A DNA stretch of 24,000 nt from Candidatus Acidiferrales bacterium (GCA_049514555.1 JBEKUY010000001.1:58923-82922); one strand, 5' to 3'; shown: positions 1-8,483, counted from the stretch's first letter. Translations and numbers: made by a program. Notes: generated by a model from the letters alone, not told the origin.

Positions 1-865
1 GCTCATGCGATTGCGCCAGTGCCTCAAGGACTGGATTGTAGGATATGTGGTCGTAGGGGTTGAAACTATAGCCAAGGGCGATGAGCCTCCCGGCTCGACG
101 AACCAACGAAAGGGCCTTCGCGTAGCTTTGACGGATGAAGGCCTCTTTGAGACCTTCGGTCTTATCAGGAACCGGAGCGATCACTCGTTCTTCGATACGC
201 ATGTGTCCCGTGGGAGACACCACTCGACCATATCGTGGAAAGCAATGGGAAATAGAATTGGGGTCGAAAGCATAAAGCGGTTCTGCACAATGGACGAGTC
301 GAGCTATTCCACCGACAGGATTGCCTACAATCTCGGATTCGATTGTGTAGACACATGCACTCCCATGGAGGTGAATCACAAAGGAAGCAGACTTCGCGTT
401 TGGGGGCAGCTTCACTCCGAAGGCGAGTTCTGTCTTAACAAGTACACCGTAGCCATCTTCTGGATACCACCGACCATTCTGTGCGAGGAAAATTTCCGGC
501 AGGGAGTCATAGTTGATCGTGAGAAATTGTGCATCGCCGAACTTCTCAAAAAATCTTTGATATGAGTTCGACGATTCGGGCAAGGCCAGTTTTTGCGCTA
601 TCCGGTAGTCCGCCTCCATCAATCGGTCAACAAGCTTTTCCATCGGCTCGTAATTGCCAGCTTGCGAAGCTTCTGAGAACAGGTCTTCAATGGACTTGCC
701 CGTTGGCGGTTGGTCGAGCCGGAAGCAGAGTTTCAGGACATCTGCAACCAGCGGGTAGCCACAATCAATCCGATAGAGCCCGACATTGATTGAATTGCCG
801 TATACCGGACCCGCTTCGCGTGTCGCGTCGATGTTGAATCCCGCTCCAAGTAGAAACAGCCTCAA
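1..865 (-). CDS. SIR2-like domain protein (partial, C-terminus beyond window)
   Basis: Manual reverse translation from TTG at 865..863 gives an open frame to position 1: LRLFLLGAGFNIDATREAGPVYGNSINVGLYRIDCGYPLVADVLKLCF...FFEKFGDAQFLTINYDSLPEIFLAQNG...SASFVIHLHGSACVYTIESE...RRAGRLIALGYSFNPYDHISYNPVLEAL. It has a GAGFN start, a TxNYDSLPE motif, an HLHG motif and a late LGYSFNPYD motif typical of SIR2-like proteins. Absent from the ORF track because no stop codon lies in the window. Confidence 0.85.
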   Translation of the reverse strand, partial: MRLFLLGAGFNIDATREAGPVYGNSINVGLYRIDCGYPLVADVLKLCFRLDQPPTGKSIEDLFSEASQAGNYEPMEKLVDRLMEADYRIAQKLALPESSNSYQRFFEKFGDAQFLTINYDSLPEIFLAQNGRWYPEDGYGVLVKTELAFGVKLPPNAKSASFVIHLHGSACVYTIESEIVGNPVGGIARLVHCAEPLYAFDPNSISHCFPRYGRVVSPTGHMRIEERVIAPVPDKTEGLKEAFIRQSYAKALSLVRRAGRLIALGYSFNPYDHISYNPVLEALAQSHE

Positions 866-868
866 CGG

Positions 869-1159
869 TCAATTTACCTTTCGTGATCCTAGCGGCGGTA
901 TTGCCGAAGCCAAGTTCTTGAGGATTAGTGGTGCGGAGACACCGATGTTCAGCGCGAGTATCGGACTGAGGATGGTTCCGCTGGCTTGATAGGTATATGC
1001 CAATCCGCCCCCAAGGAAGGGGAGTGCGAGAAATTGAAGAACGTAAAAGGGGTCCGAGAATGTCCGAGGCCGTTCCGATTGGGGAGTCTGCGCCAACTCC
1101 GCTAACCGAAGTAAGTTGATTGCAAATCCCCCAAAAACAGCAAACCAGAAAGGTGCCAT
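869..1159 (-). CDS. Small membrane protein, 96 aa, with 2-3 hydrophobic segments
   Basis: MAPFWFAVFGGFAINLLRLAEL...FYVLQFLALPFLGGGLAYTYQASGTILSPILALNIGVSAPLILKNLAS; stop lies 3 nt before the SIR2 TTG start, same strand. Confidence 0.75.
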   Translation of the reverse strand: MAPFWFAVFGGFAINLLRLAELAQTPQSERPRTFSDPFYVLQFLALPFLGGGLAYTYQASGTILSPILALNIGVSAPLILKNLASAIPPLGSRKVN

Positions 1160-1176
1160 GGTTCTCTCTCTGAGTG

Positions 1177-1455
1177 CTACCTGATGCGGTCCGAAAATGC
1201 AGATAAGATGCGATTCGCTATGTTCTGCCTCTGGTTGTAGTGATTTCGCGTTGTGAAAAGGGGGCGACCGCGCTTATCGGGAACCGATGATTGCACTATA
1301 TCTACGACGTTTGGAAGGAAAGTAAGAATCAGAGCAACTTGATGCGGGTCTATTCCAGTTTCCTCCGAGATGCCGCCGATGGTGCGCCAATCCCACTTGG
1401 GGTTCTCCAAGGCTCGAACCACACTCTGCCCTTTTTCGTCGAGAACGTAAGCCAC
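1177..1455 (-). CDS. Small winged-helix-like protein, 92 aa (GTG start)
   Basis: ALENPKWDWRTIGGISEETGIDPHQVALILTFLPNVVDIVQSSVPDKRGRPLFTTR has the layout of a winged helix-turn-helix (helix-turn-helix followed by a GRPLFTT wing). First gene of the cassette; AGAGG-like RBS upstream. Confidence 0.7.
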   Translation of the reverse strand: MAYVLDEKGQSVVRALENPKWDWRTIGGISEETGIDPHQVALILTFLPNVVDIVQSSVPDKRGRPLFTTRNHYNQRQNIANRILSAFSDRIR

Positions 1456-1732
1456 GAATTTAGCCTCTGTTGCTGGTCAGACTAGCACGCGAGATTCCGG
1501 TGGGCAAGAGTCCGTCTCATTGAGATTCAAGGCTTGCCCAAAGGCGATTGCAGGCAGGGACTACCTCAGTGGCATGGTTCCGGTGAGGCGGGCTGGTGCG
1601 AGGGTCAAGAAGGCTTTTTGGGCCATGCTGGCAGGGCAGCGTGGGCTTGTACCGGACTGTCAGTGCTTGGGGCGCTCTGCTGCCCTATGTACCCGGCATC
1701 TGCTGGCCAAAATGCGATAATCTACCAGCAGG

Positions 1733-3208
1733 ATGAGCAACGTCGCGCACACGGTAGACGAATTGATTGGCGCGCTGGGAGCCACATACCGGACAATCGA
1801 CATCCGCTCCGTCGCCGTTCGCAAGGAAAACTCGTGGGCAAATGTTATGGCCGCGGTTCGCCTTACCTACGAGGACGTGGAGACGGCCAAAGCCCGATTG
1901 GCCAAACTCGCGGGACGTTTTCCGCCTGTTCATACAGAATTGCTAAGAATCGATTCCTTCGTGCGCCCTTTCACGGACTGGCCTGAATTTTGTTTGGAAA
2001 TGAAGCACAAAGGTGTGCTCCAAATGGGCGACGCTCAGTTCCAGCTACGTCAGCCAGTCGATTTGTCACAAGGCAGCGGTTACGTTCAGTGGGGATACTC
2101 CCGTTTGCGTTCGGTCGACGGCCGGGCATGGCCCGCGCTAATTCGGGATTTCGATGCGGGCGGCGTCAATCCATTGTTCGAAGGGCGATTTAGTCGGGAA
2201 GCGCATCTACTCGGTTACGGCGATGCGCTGGATGCGGCCAATGCGCTGTGCGAACTCAACGTATCGCAGCAGCATGACCATGGCTGCGATCTTTCCATTT
2301 CTTTTCCCGTGTTTGCGAACATCTTACAGATTCGCGTAAACACCGCCGAAAAACGGATCGACGTTGAGGTTCAGCGACACCGGAGTTTCTCAGACCTAAG
2401 AGCCGTGGCTTGCGTGCGTAAGCAGAGTGCTCTCGCGGACGCTCCATTTCGAGAACAGATTTCTCTTTCGATCAGTCACGCCGATGATGCATGCGCTGAG
2501 GTTGTCTCGGCACGAAGTTCCGTGCAAATCCAAGACTTAGACCCTGATAACGATTGGTTCGAAATCCGTCTCGTCCATCCACAGCTTGGAGAGGTCAGGA
2601 AGGACGCGAACTATGTTCGGATGTTCATTCCGCCAAGCGAGCGCAACATTCTGCTGGGGGCTATCCAGCAATTTTGCAGAGGCACAACGCTCGATGACTT
2701 GCTAGTTCGTGCTTATAACGTGCAGACGGCAAAACTGAAACCAAGCGCAGCGTTTGAGCTTCACGTATCTTGGCTTCTTGGCATGTTTGGTCTTTCGACT
2801 GTGATTCTGGGCAATTATGAGCATATCCTTGCGCCGGATACGCCAGTACAGAGGGCTTCTGTCGATATTCTCGCAGCCAGTCAGCGAAGCAAACTGCTGC
2901 TCCTTGTCTCCTGTACGATCAATCCACCAAAGCCCGAAGATGCCAGCAATCTGCGGTATGCCTGCGCAATCTTCGCCCGCGAGGTGTTTGCGGAAACCGG
3001 GGTTCGTATCATCCCTGTACTGTTTACATCGTCCATGGGCGGTCCCTCCTACTACCAATCCGAGGATCATTTTGACGCGGTCCCTGTTGTGGACGCGGAT
3101 GGCATGGGAATCTTGCTTGGACTCCTTCGGTCGGGCCAAGAACGCCGCTTCTTCGAATTCTTGGCGAACCCCACGCTTGGACTGACGACTTCCTCTCAAC
3201 CACGTTAG
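1733..3208 (+). CDS. Uncharacterised protein, 491 aa, possible nuclease-like C-terminal domain
   Basis: Long intact ORF. The C-terminal part AAFELHVSWLLGMFGLSTVILG...VQRASVDILAASQRSKLLLLVSCTINPPKPEDASNLRYACAIFAREVF has an E...LLG..G......DILA.....LLLVSCT..PPK pattern reminiscent of restriction-endonuclease-like folds. The family is not recognised with certainty. Confidence 0.75.
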   Translation: MSNVAHTVDELIGALGATYRTIDIRSVAVRKENSWANVMAAVRLTYEDVETAKARLAKLAGRFPPVHTELLRIDSFVRPFTDWPEFCLEMKHKGVLQMGDAQFQLRQPVDLSQGSGYVQWGYSRLRSVDGRAWPALIRDFDAGGVNPLFEGRFSREAHLLGYGDALDAANALCELNVSQQHDHGCDLSISFPVFANILQIRVNTAEKRIDVEVQRHRSFSDLRAVACVRKQSALADAPFREQISLSISHADDACAEVVSARSSVQIQDLDPDNDWFEIRLVHPQLGEVRKDANYVRMFIPPSERNILLGAIQQFCRGTTLDDLLVRAYNVQTAKLKPSAAFELHVSWLLGMFGLSTVILGNYEHILAPDTPVQRASVDILAASQRSKLLLLVSCTINPPKPEDASNLRYACAIFAREVFAETGVRIIPVLFTSSMGGPSYYQSEDHFDAVPVVDADGMGILLGLLRSGQERRFFEFLANPTLGLTTSSQPR

Positions 3209-3296
3209 TCCGGGGACTTGTCCCGTTCTCGGCAGCCGCAACAGCTACGCCTGTGCAAATAGGGCACGACTCTTTTCGTTCGCAATGGCTTGTTCG

Positions 3297-3677
3297 TTAT
3301 TTGCAGGCTTCGTGGACTAAGTTGGCAAAGAATTCCACCACGTCAACGAAATTGTAGGTAAACGCGTGCATTATTCCTGTTGCGTATTGAATTTGGTCAT
3401 AAAAGTACTCAGCCTTAAATCCAAACGGAACGACGGTGGTCCGCGTGATGCCAAACCTTCCAATCAGCTTGCCGGGGTCTGCCAGTGCCATGATTCCGAT
3501 CTCGCAAACGGCCCATCGTCCATAAACGTCATCTGCGCCATGCTTGAGGAGAACTAGGTTGGCGCTTCGGCCCTGCGTCAAACCGATCCACCCTCCAAGC
3601 TTCCCGCATTTATTCGCCCGGCCATTCTTCGGGGAGTCCGAGAATTGTTGATAGTGACTCGCCATCATGAAACTCAA
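3297..3677 (-). CDS. Hypothetical protein, up to 126 aa (TTG 3677 or internal ATG start)
   Basis: ORF track; non-repetitive sequence (ANLVLLKHGADDVYGRWAVCEIGIMALADPGKLIGRFGITRTTVV) but no recognised family. Confidence 0.4.
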   Translation of the reverse strand: MSFMMASHYQQFSDSPKNGRANKCGKLGGWIGLTQGRSANLVLLKHGADDVYGRWAVCEIGIMALADPGKLIGRFGITRTTVVPFGFKAEYFYDQIQYATGIMHAFTYNFVDVVEFFANLVHEACK

Positions 3678-4222
3678 GCTTGTTCTCGTTGACTACGGCG
3701 TGACAGAAACGGTCAAGTTCACCTTGGTAGGGTCTCGCCGCCCAAGGATTGTCGTATAGGCACGCTGTAACCCTTGGCGTCATTTCAAGAGAGGTTGGTT
3801 CAATGGTACGACCCGAATTGACGCTTATCTCGCCCACCAGAGGAGAAGCATTCCGTTGCTGGAGTGTCTGGCCATCCACCGCTTTCGCCCGACAAAGAAC
3901 AAGGTGAAAGCAGCGACCGAAAACTGGACGCCCAAGTGTCCGTTGTGTGCCCTCCACAAGACAATCCGGACCGAATTGCGCAAAATTTACGGATTCCGTT
4001 GACGTTCAATAATCCTGTTGGATTTCCGCACCAAGGCCGGGCGCTATATGCTTGATTGGGGCGATCTTGCGGGCAGGCGATTCTGGCAATTCGTCGTTTG
4101 GGATACATCTGTATCTTCGCGGCCCGCTGCGGCATGTGTTTCAACAGCTTTGAGCCGGGACGAGCGCCCGCGTCGCAGCCAAGCTATCCTGCGTCGGTCG
4201 CACCGAATGATAGAATCCGACC

Positions 4223-4471
4223 ATGAGATACCTCGTCGTGTGGTTTATTAAGGACTACGTGCCAAGGGGAATGGTCATCAAAACCCACGCTCTGTATGGG
4301 AGCATCTACGCGCAATTCCCGAAGGAATGCGAGAAGCTCGGACTTACAAACAGCGGTCCGATAGAACCGAAGTGGAAGAACCAAATCCGATGGGGCTTGC
4401 GAGATGCGAAAGACCAGAAGCTCATAAAGCATGTTGGTTTGCCGAAGTCGGGAGAGTGGCAACGGATTTAG
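4223..4471 (+). CDS. Mrr_N-like winged-helix protein, 82 aa
   Basis: KTHALYGSIYAQFPKECEKLGLTNSGPIEPKWKNQIRWGLRDAKDQKLIKHVGLPKSGEWQRI matches the Mrr N-terminal wHTH pattern (kW.nqIRWgL.dak..klI......SGeW). The start may instead be ATG 4271. Confidence 0.65.
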   Translation: MRYLVVWFIKDYVPRGMVIKTHALYGSIYAQFPKECEKLGLTNSGPIEPKWKNQIRWGLRDAKDQKLIKHVGLPKSGEWQRI

Positions 4472-4486
4472 CCACGGGCGCGCCGG

Positions 4487-5350
4487 ATGGGAACGACAAG
4501 GGTTCAAATCCAAGGCAATGCAGGAGTGCCGATCCGCTCCTTTGACGACTGGGAGAGCCACGCGCTGCCTCCCGCTCGTAAGGAACTACACTGGGAGACA
4601 GACCGAAGCGCGTGCGAACTGGGGCGAATCTGGACGGCCGGCGGCGAACCTGCCGTGCCACGTCAACTGGCTCAACTGCTTGAATCGCACGAAGGTACGA
4701 GACGCATGGTAATCCTCAGCGGAATCACGGAACGGGAAACGCCGTTGCCCTTCGGCAACCGGGGGCCACGCTGCCACGACTTGGCTTTGCAGGCTGAGCA
4801 GGATGGTCGTGTCGTGACCATCTGCATCGAAGCGAAAGCCGACGAGTCATTCGGCGGAACAATCACCGAAGAACTCAGCGCCGCGAGAAAAAGGGCGGCG
4901 AAGCGGGAAGGCGGCCACACGAGATTCCCAGAGCGCCTCGATTGGCTCACCCACTCATTGTTGGGACTCCGTGCCTTCGAGGATGCCCAGCACCAAGTGC
5001 TCGACGGGGTTGTCGCCGATCTGCCGTACCAACTGTTGCCTGCAATCGCTGGAACGCTGCTTGAGGCTGAGCACTTGAACGCTTCCAAGGCTGTCTTTGT
5101 CGTCCACGAGTTTCGGACGGCGAAGACGGCTGATGCCAACTTGGACGCCAACGCAGACGCGCTCAACCGCTTCCTCCGTGTCTTCCTGTCGGCAAACGGG
5201 GCAGGCGCAGGCGAGGACTTTGCGTTGGAAAACGGTCACATCGTTGGGCCAATCCTAGTCGCGAAGCGTCGTGTTACAGGCGCAGACAGAATCCCCTCCG
5301 AGATTCCGCTCTTCATCGGGAAAATCAGGACCGACCTCCTTGCGGCCTAG
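4487..5350 (+). CDS. PD-(D/E)XK nuclease-like protein, 287 aa
   Basis: PLPFGNRGPRCHDLALQAEQDGRVVTICIEAKADESFGGTI contains a D-x(n)-E-A-K catalytic-type motif; the N-terminus SFDDWESHALPPARKELHWETDRSACELGRIW resembles proteins I recall as DUF6946. Starts 16 nt after the upstream wHTH gene. Confidence 0.65.
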   Translation: MGTTRVQIQGNAGVPIRSFDDWESHALPPARKELHWETDRSACELGRIWTAGGEPAVPRQLAQLLESHEGTRRMVILSGITERETPLPFGNRGPRCHDLALQAEQDGRVVTICIEAKADESFGGTITEELSAARKRAAKREGGHTRFPERLDWLTHSLLGLRAFEDAQHQVLDGVVADLPYQLLPAIAGTLLEAEHLNASKAVFVVHEFRTAKTADANLDANADALNRFLRVFLSANGAGAGEDFALENGHIVGPILVAKRRVTGADRIPSEIPLFIGKIRTDLLAA

Positions 5351-5465
5351 CTCGCGCAGCGCCACCTCCGTCCCGAGATCAGCAACAAGGCCATCAGCTA
5401 CTTGCAGCAGGTTGGCCGGGCAACCATGCAACTTGAGAGTAGGAAGCACATAGGGCTCTTCTTGC

Positions 5466-6278
5466 TCACGTTATCAAGCTTGTGAACGATCTCCCGTCCC
5501 GAATCAACTCCTCGACATCGTGGCGACTCACCGCTTCCTTCGGATGGGCACAGTTGTTCCCTATCTTGTAAAGCACATCCAGTCTTGCCCGCTGCACTTC
5601 CGTGATGACGCCCGTGTTCCTCAGCGAGAGCGTGATGTCGGTGAAGTCGGGATGCGCCTTGCTCGGCGGATTCGTGGCGATGGTCACGCCGCGTTCCTGA
5701 GCCACCGTTCGGAAGTGCCGTTCGAGCGCGACTCTGGCAACCACGCCGCTGGCGCGGGTGATCGTTTCCTCGTGCGAAGACTGGAGGAGATTCGAGGCAG
5801 TCTCGAACTCGTCGGCCGCCACGACGAAGCTCAAATCGCCCAAGATCGAAAGTTCCCTAGACTTGACCTCGGATACGCACGCGTTCAGCAGCGCCATAGC
5901 TTTTCCCATTTTCTGATTAAAGTACGGTAGGTTGGTCTTCACGCTCATTTGGTTGTAGAAGGGCATGTAGATGAAGTAGGAAATGCAGGAGAAATCCTTG
6001 CTCATCTTTGTCTTGTCTTGGATGTCCGGATAATAGGCCTCGTAGCACCAGTCGAACGCTTGCAGTCCGGAGAAGTTCTCCCGCTCCAACAGGCCGCGAG
6101 CGCCCCTGTACCATTCCTCGGCCTTGCGCTTGAGATCGGCGCTGCCCACGAGGTCTCCGTCCGCGAGAGCTTGGGCACACAGCAAGACCTCGGAGAAGAG
6201 CCTGTTCAGTTCCTTGATTCTCGCCTCAAGCTGCCTTAAGTGAGAAGACACCGAATCCGCTCCGCGTACCACCCTCAA
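5466..6278 (-). CDS. DUF4145/HEPN-like C-terminal domain protein, 270 aa
   Basis: C-terminus ITRASGVVARVALERHFRTVAQERG...LRNTGVITEVQRARLDVLYKIGNNCAHPKEAVSRHDVEELIRDGRSF has the helix-IGN-x3-H...V..li layout of DUF4145-type HEPN proteins. Confidence 0.6.
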   Translation of the reverse strand: MRVVRGADSVSSHLRQLEARIKELNRLFSEVLLCAQALADGDLVGSADLKRKAEEWYRGARGLLERENFSGLQAFDWCYEAYYPDIQDKTKMSKDFSCISYFIYMPFYNQMSVKTNLPYFNQKMGKAMALLNACVSEVKSRELSILGDLSFVVAADEFETASNLLQSSHEETITRASGVVARVALERHFRTVAQERGVTIATNPPSKAHPDFTDITLSLRNTGVITEVQRARLDVLYKIGNNCAHPKEAVSRHDVEELIRDGRSFTSLIT

Positions 6279-6419
6279 TTGCTCTTAACGCTTCGGACTG
6301 CGGTAATGCAACAACAAAAGTCCTACGACCAGCAGTCATACGCGAGGGATTGCCCTTCGCCTTTCCATGCACGATCCTCCCGTTCCTTCTACAGTACAAG
6401 CCAGAGATTCAGCCTCGCA

Positions 6420-7325
6420 TTAAAGGCCGTAGTGCTGCTTCAGCCACGCTGTGAGAAGCTCCGAACCGATTTTGACTCCAACCTTCACGCCCCCGGCCAT
6501 AACCTTCGAGGCCTTGTCCTTTACCCATTCCCCAACCTTGCCGCCGGGTTTGTTGCCGTCCGCCTCCATCGCTTGGGTGAGGCTGTCCAAGTCCGGCTTG
6601 TCCAATCCCGCATTGCTCAGAATACGGTCAAGCGCCTGCCTGTCGCCCACGTTGATAACAGTCTCGCTCTGCGTCGATGAAATGCTCGCTTGCCCGAAAG
6701 CAAGGTACGTGTTCCCACCAGTATTCTGGATGATGATGTTCTGGATTTTCTCTGCATCGGAAGGTTCTATCTTGCGAAGGTCACTATAAGATGTGCCCAG
6801 TTCGTCCCTAATCTCCAGAGCCATTTTTAGCGTGCGATTTCGGACGGCGTCCAGCACTTCCACAAGGACATTCACGGGTATCTCCTGCCACGCCGAATGG
6901 CAGATGAAGCCTCCCTGCATGAGGCGCTGTTGGTAGTACACGACCATGTCGCCGGGCCAAGGAAACACAAACGAGCCTGTGGTGGCGTTTTTGATTAGGT
7001 CGGAGTAGGCGCTCACCGATTGAGCTAGAGGAAGCATCGTGGCCCAATGCCGGTGCCTCTCCTCTAAGGCAACAGGAGGGATGATGTGGTTGTTGCGCTG
7101 TATGTATCCCGGCCCGACGAAATTGCCCTTTGCCCTTCCATGCACAGTCCTGTAATCAGGAAGGTCTTGCCCGTCTTGGTAGCCGTTGAGTTCTTGGGTC
7201 GCCCATGCCTTGAGCCGCTCGTTCTTTAGCTCATGGCCGAGCCGCAGGCATTTTCTAAGAATGTCTGGCAACGGATACTTGCCATCAGTAGCAGCCTCGA
7301 TAATCTCATCGAGTAGGGACGACAT
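6420..7325 (-). CDS. AbiTii-domain-containing protein, 301 aa
   Basis: N-terminus MSSLLDEIIEAATDGKYPLPDILRKCLRLGHELKNERLKAWATQELNGYQDGQDLPDYR matches the AbiTii domain pattern (SLLdeii..a.d...pl...LRkcl.La..L.n..L..W...ELnGY....lPdYR). Confidence 0.85.
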   Translation of the reverse strand: MSSLLDEIIEAATDGKYPLPDILRKCLRLGHELKNERLKAWATQELNGYQDGQDLPDYRTVHGRAKGNFVGPGYIQRNNHIIPPVALEERHRHWATMLPLAQSVSAYSDLIKNATTGSFVFPWPGDMVVYYQQRLMQGGFICHSAWQEIPVNVLVEVLDAVRNRTLKMALEIRDELGTSYSDLRKIEPSDAEKIQNIIIQNTGGNTYLAFGQASISSTQSETVINVGDRQALDRILSNAGLDKPDLDSLTQAMEADGNKPGGKVGEWVKDKASKVMAGGVKVGVKIGSELLTAWLKQHYGL

Positions 7326-7328
7326 TGG

Positions 7329-7715
7329 TCACTTCATGGGTATCTCACGCAGCTTGCCATCCGGCAAGATTTCATACCGCTTGTGCCATGGAGCTTCATA
7401 GAAATTCCGAACGAAGAGATACTTGAACCCGCTCTTAGCTCGGGATAGAACCTGAGCGTCGGCCTGCTTCTCTGCTTCGTCTGCCGTGAGATAGTGCCGA
7501 GGGTCAGTGGGACTCAGCGTGGTAACGTCGATTTTGAATTTCTTCTTTGGATCAGGTTCCCCCCCATCCCAAGCCCCGTAGCGTTCCTTCACAATCCAGC
7601 ACTTTCCCCGCGTCGTAGCGTCCGGCATCTGTTGGCAATAGATTGTGTAGAGTTCCGAGACGTTCTCTTCCGGCTCGGGGGTTTTGTAGACAGTTTGCGG
7701 TACGGAAACGTTCAT
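7329..7715 (-). CDS. Hypothetical protein, 128 aa, upstream partner of the AbiTii gene
   Basis: Same strand, ends 3 nt before the AbiTii start; globular sequence (TTRGKCWIVKERYGAWDGGEPDPKKKFKIDVTTLSPTDPRHYLTADEAEKQADAQ). Confidence 0.6.
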   Translation of the reverse strand: MNVSVPQTVYKTPEPEENVSELYTIYCQQMPDATTRGKCWIVKERYGAWDGGEPDPKKKFKIDVTTLSPTDPRHYLTADEAEKQADAQVLSRAKSGFKYLFVRNFYEAPWHKRYEILPDGKLREIPMK

Positions 7716-7741
7716 GGCGAGGATTGTATCTCAACCCGATA

Positions 7742-7990
7742 GATCGTCATCCCCATTATTCGCCAATACAAAGGCGGCGTGCGGCCGGGCAAAATTCCAG
7801 ACCAAGTCGAGTCATCGAGATTTGTCGGTCGGCGAACATCATTACCAAGGAGCAGTTCAGTGCCCTAGACCGCCAGATCGGTAGGCGCAACTCCGCCCTA
7901 CACCTGTCCGCGACCACCATAACCGTGTCGCAGGCGGGAGAGTTCATCCACGATCTTGTCACGACCGTCGTGTTGACGATTCGGCTGTAG
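7742..7990 (+). pseudogene. Remnant of a HEPN-like protein C-terminus
   Basis: Translation from codon 7742: ...SRVIEICRSANIITKEQFSALDRQIGRRNSALHLSATTITVSQAGEFIHDLVTTVVLTIRL*. Contains R-N-x3-H (RNSALH) followed by TITVSQAGEFI. No N-terminal half: upstream the frame overlaps the antisense of the 128-aa gene. Confidence 0.5.
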
Positions 7991-8057
7991 AGCCCTCGTT
8001 TAGCCCTTATATTGTCCCAAGCTTTACAGCTTGGCCTCCGCCAGCAAAAGCGTGTTA

Positions 8058-8483
8058 TCAGTCGGCGGAGGTACTCTCGGATAGGAATCTGAGAATATGC
8101 TGCTCGGTTTTCTCTTCCTTCTTAATGGCACACTCCCAGACGATCAACACCTTCCAGCCTGCCGCACGAAGTCTACGGTTGTTCGCCCGGTCGCGGCGGA
8201 CGTTACGCATCCTCTTTTCCGACCAGAAAGCAGAGTTGGTGGTTGGCTTCAACTGGCCCCGAGGGCATGAGTGCATGTGCCAGAAGCAGCCGTGAACAAA
8301 GATGACCTTCTTTCGTGCCCGGAAGACGAGATCGGGCGTTCCCGGCAGCCCACGGACGTGTAAGCGGTATCGGAACCCCATGCTGTGCACCATTCTCCTG
8401 ACCACCATCTCAGGGCGGGTGTCAGTGCTGCGTATCGCGGCCATGTTGCGGCTACGCTGCTCGGGAGTCAACTTATCGGGCAT
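8058..8483 (-). CDS. vsr: Very short patch repair (Vsr) endonuclease
   Basis: LTPEQRSRNMAAIRSTDTRPEMVVRRMVHSMGFRYRLHVRGLPGTPDLVFRARKKVIFVHGCFWHMHSCPRGQLKPTTNSAFWSEKRMRNVRRDRANNRRLRAAGWKVLIVWECAI contains the canonical Vsr motifs. Confidence 0.95.
   Translation of the reverse strand: MPDKLTPEQRSRNMAAIRSTDTRPEMVVRRMVHSMGFRYRLHVRGLPGTPDLVFRARKKVIFVHGCFWHMHSCPRGQLKPTTNSAFWSEKRMRNVRRDRANNRRLRAAGWKVLIVWECAIKKEEKTEQHILRFLSESTSAD

Noticed and set aside
5-565. 186-aa plus-strand ORF at the left edge
   Set aside because: Antisense of the SIR2-like gene, which has clear motifs in the opposite frame; the plus ORF has no recognisable domain.
3211-3226. GGGAC-TT-GTCCC hairpin after the 491-aa gene as a terminator
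   Set aside because: Only a 5-bp stem with a 2-nt loop and no clean U-tract; too weak to call.
4487-4540. GGTTCAAATCC resembling a tRNA T-loop
   Set aside because: Flanking bases do not form a T-stem, and no acceptor, D or anticodon arm is visible; at most a fortuitous match.
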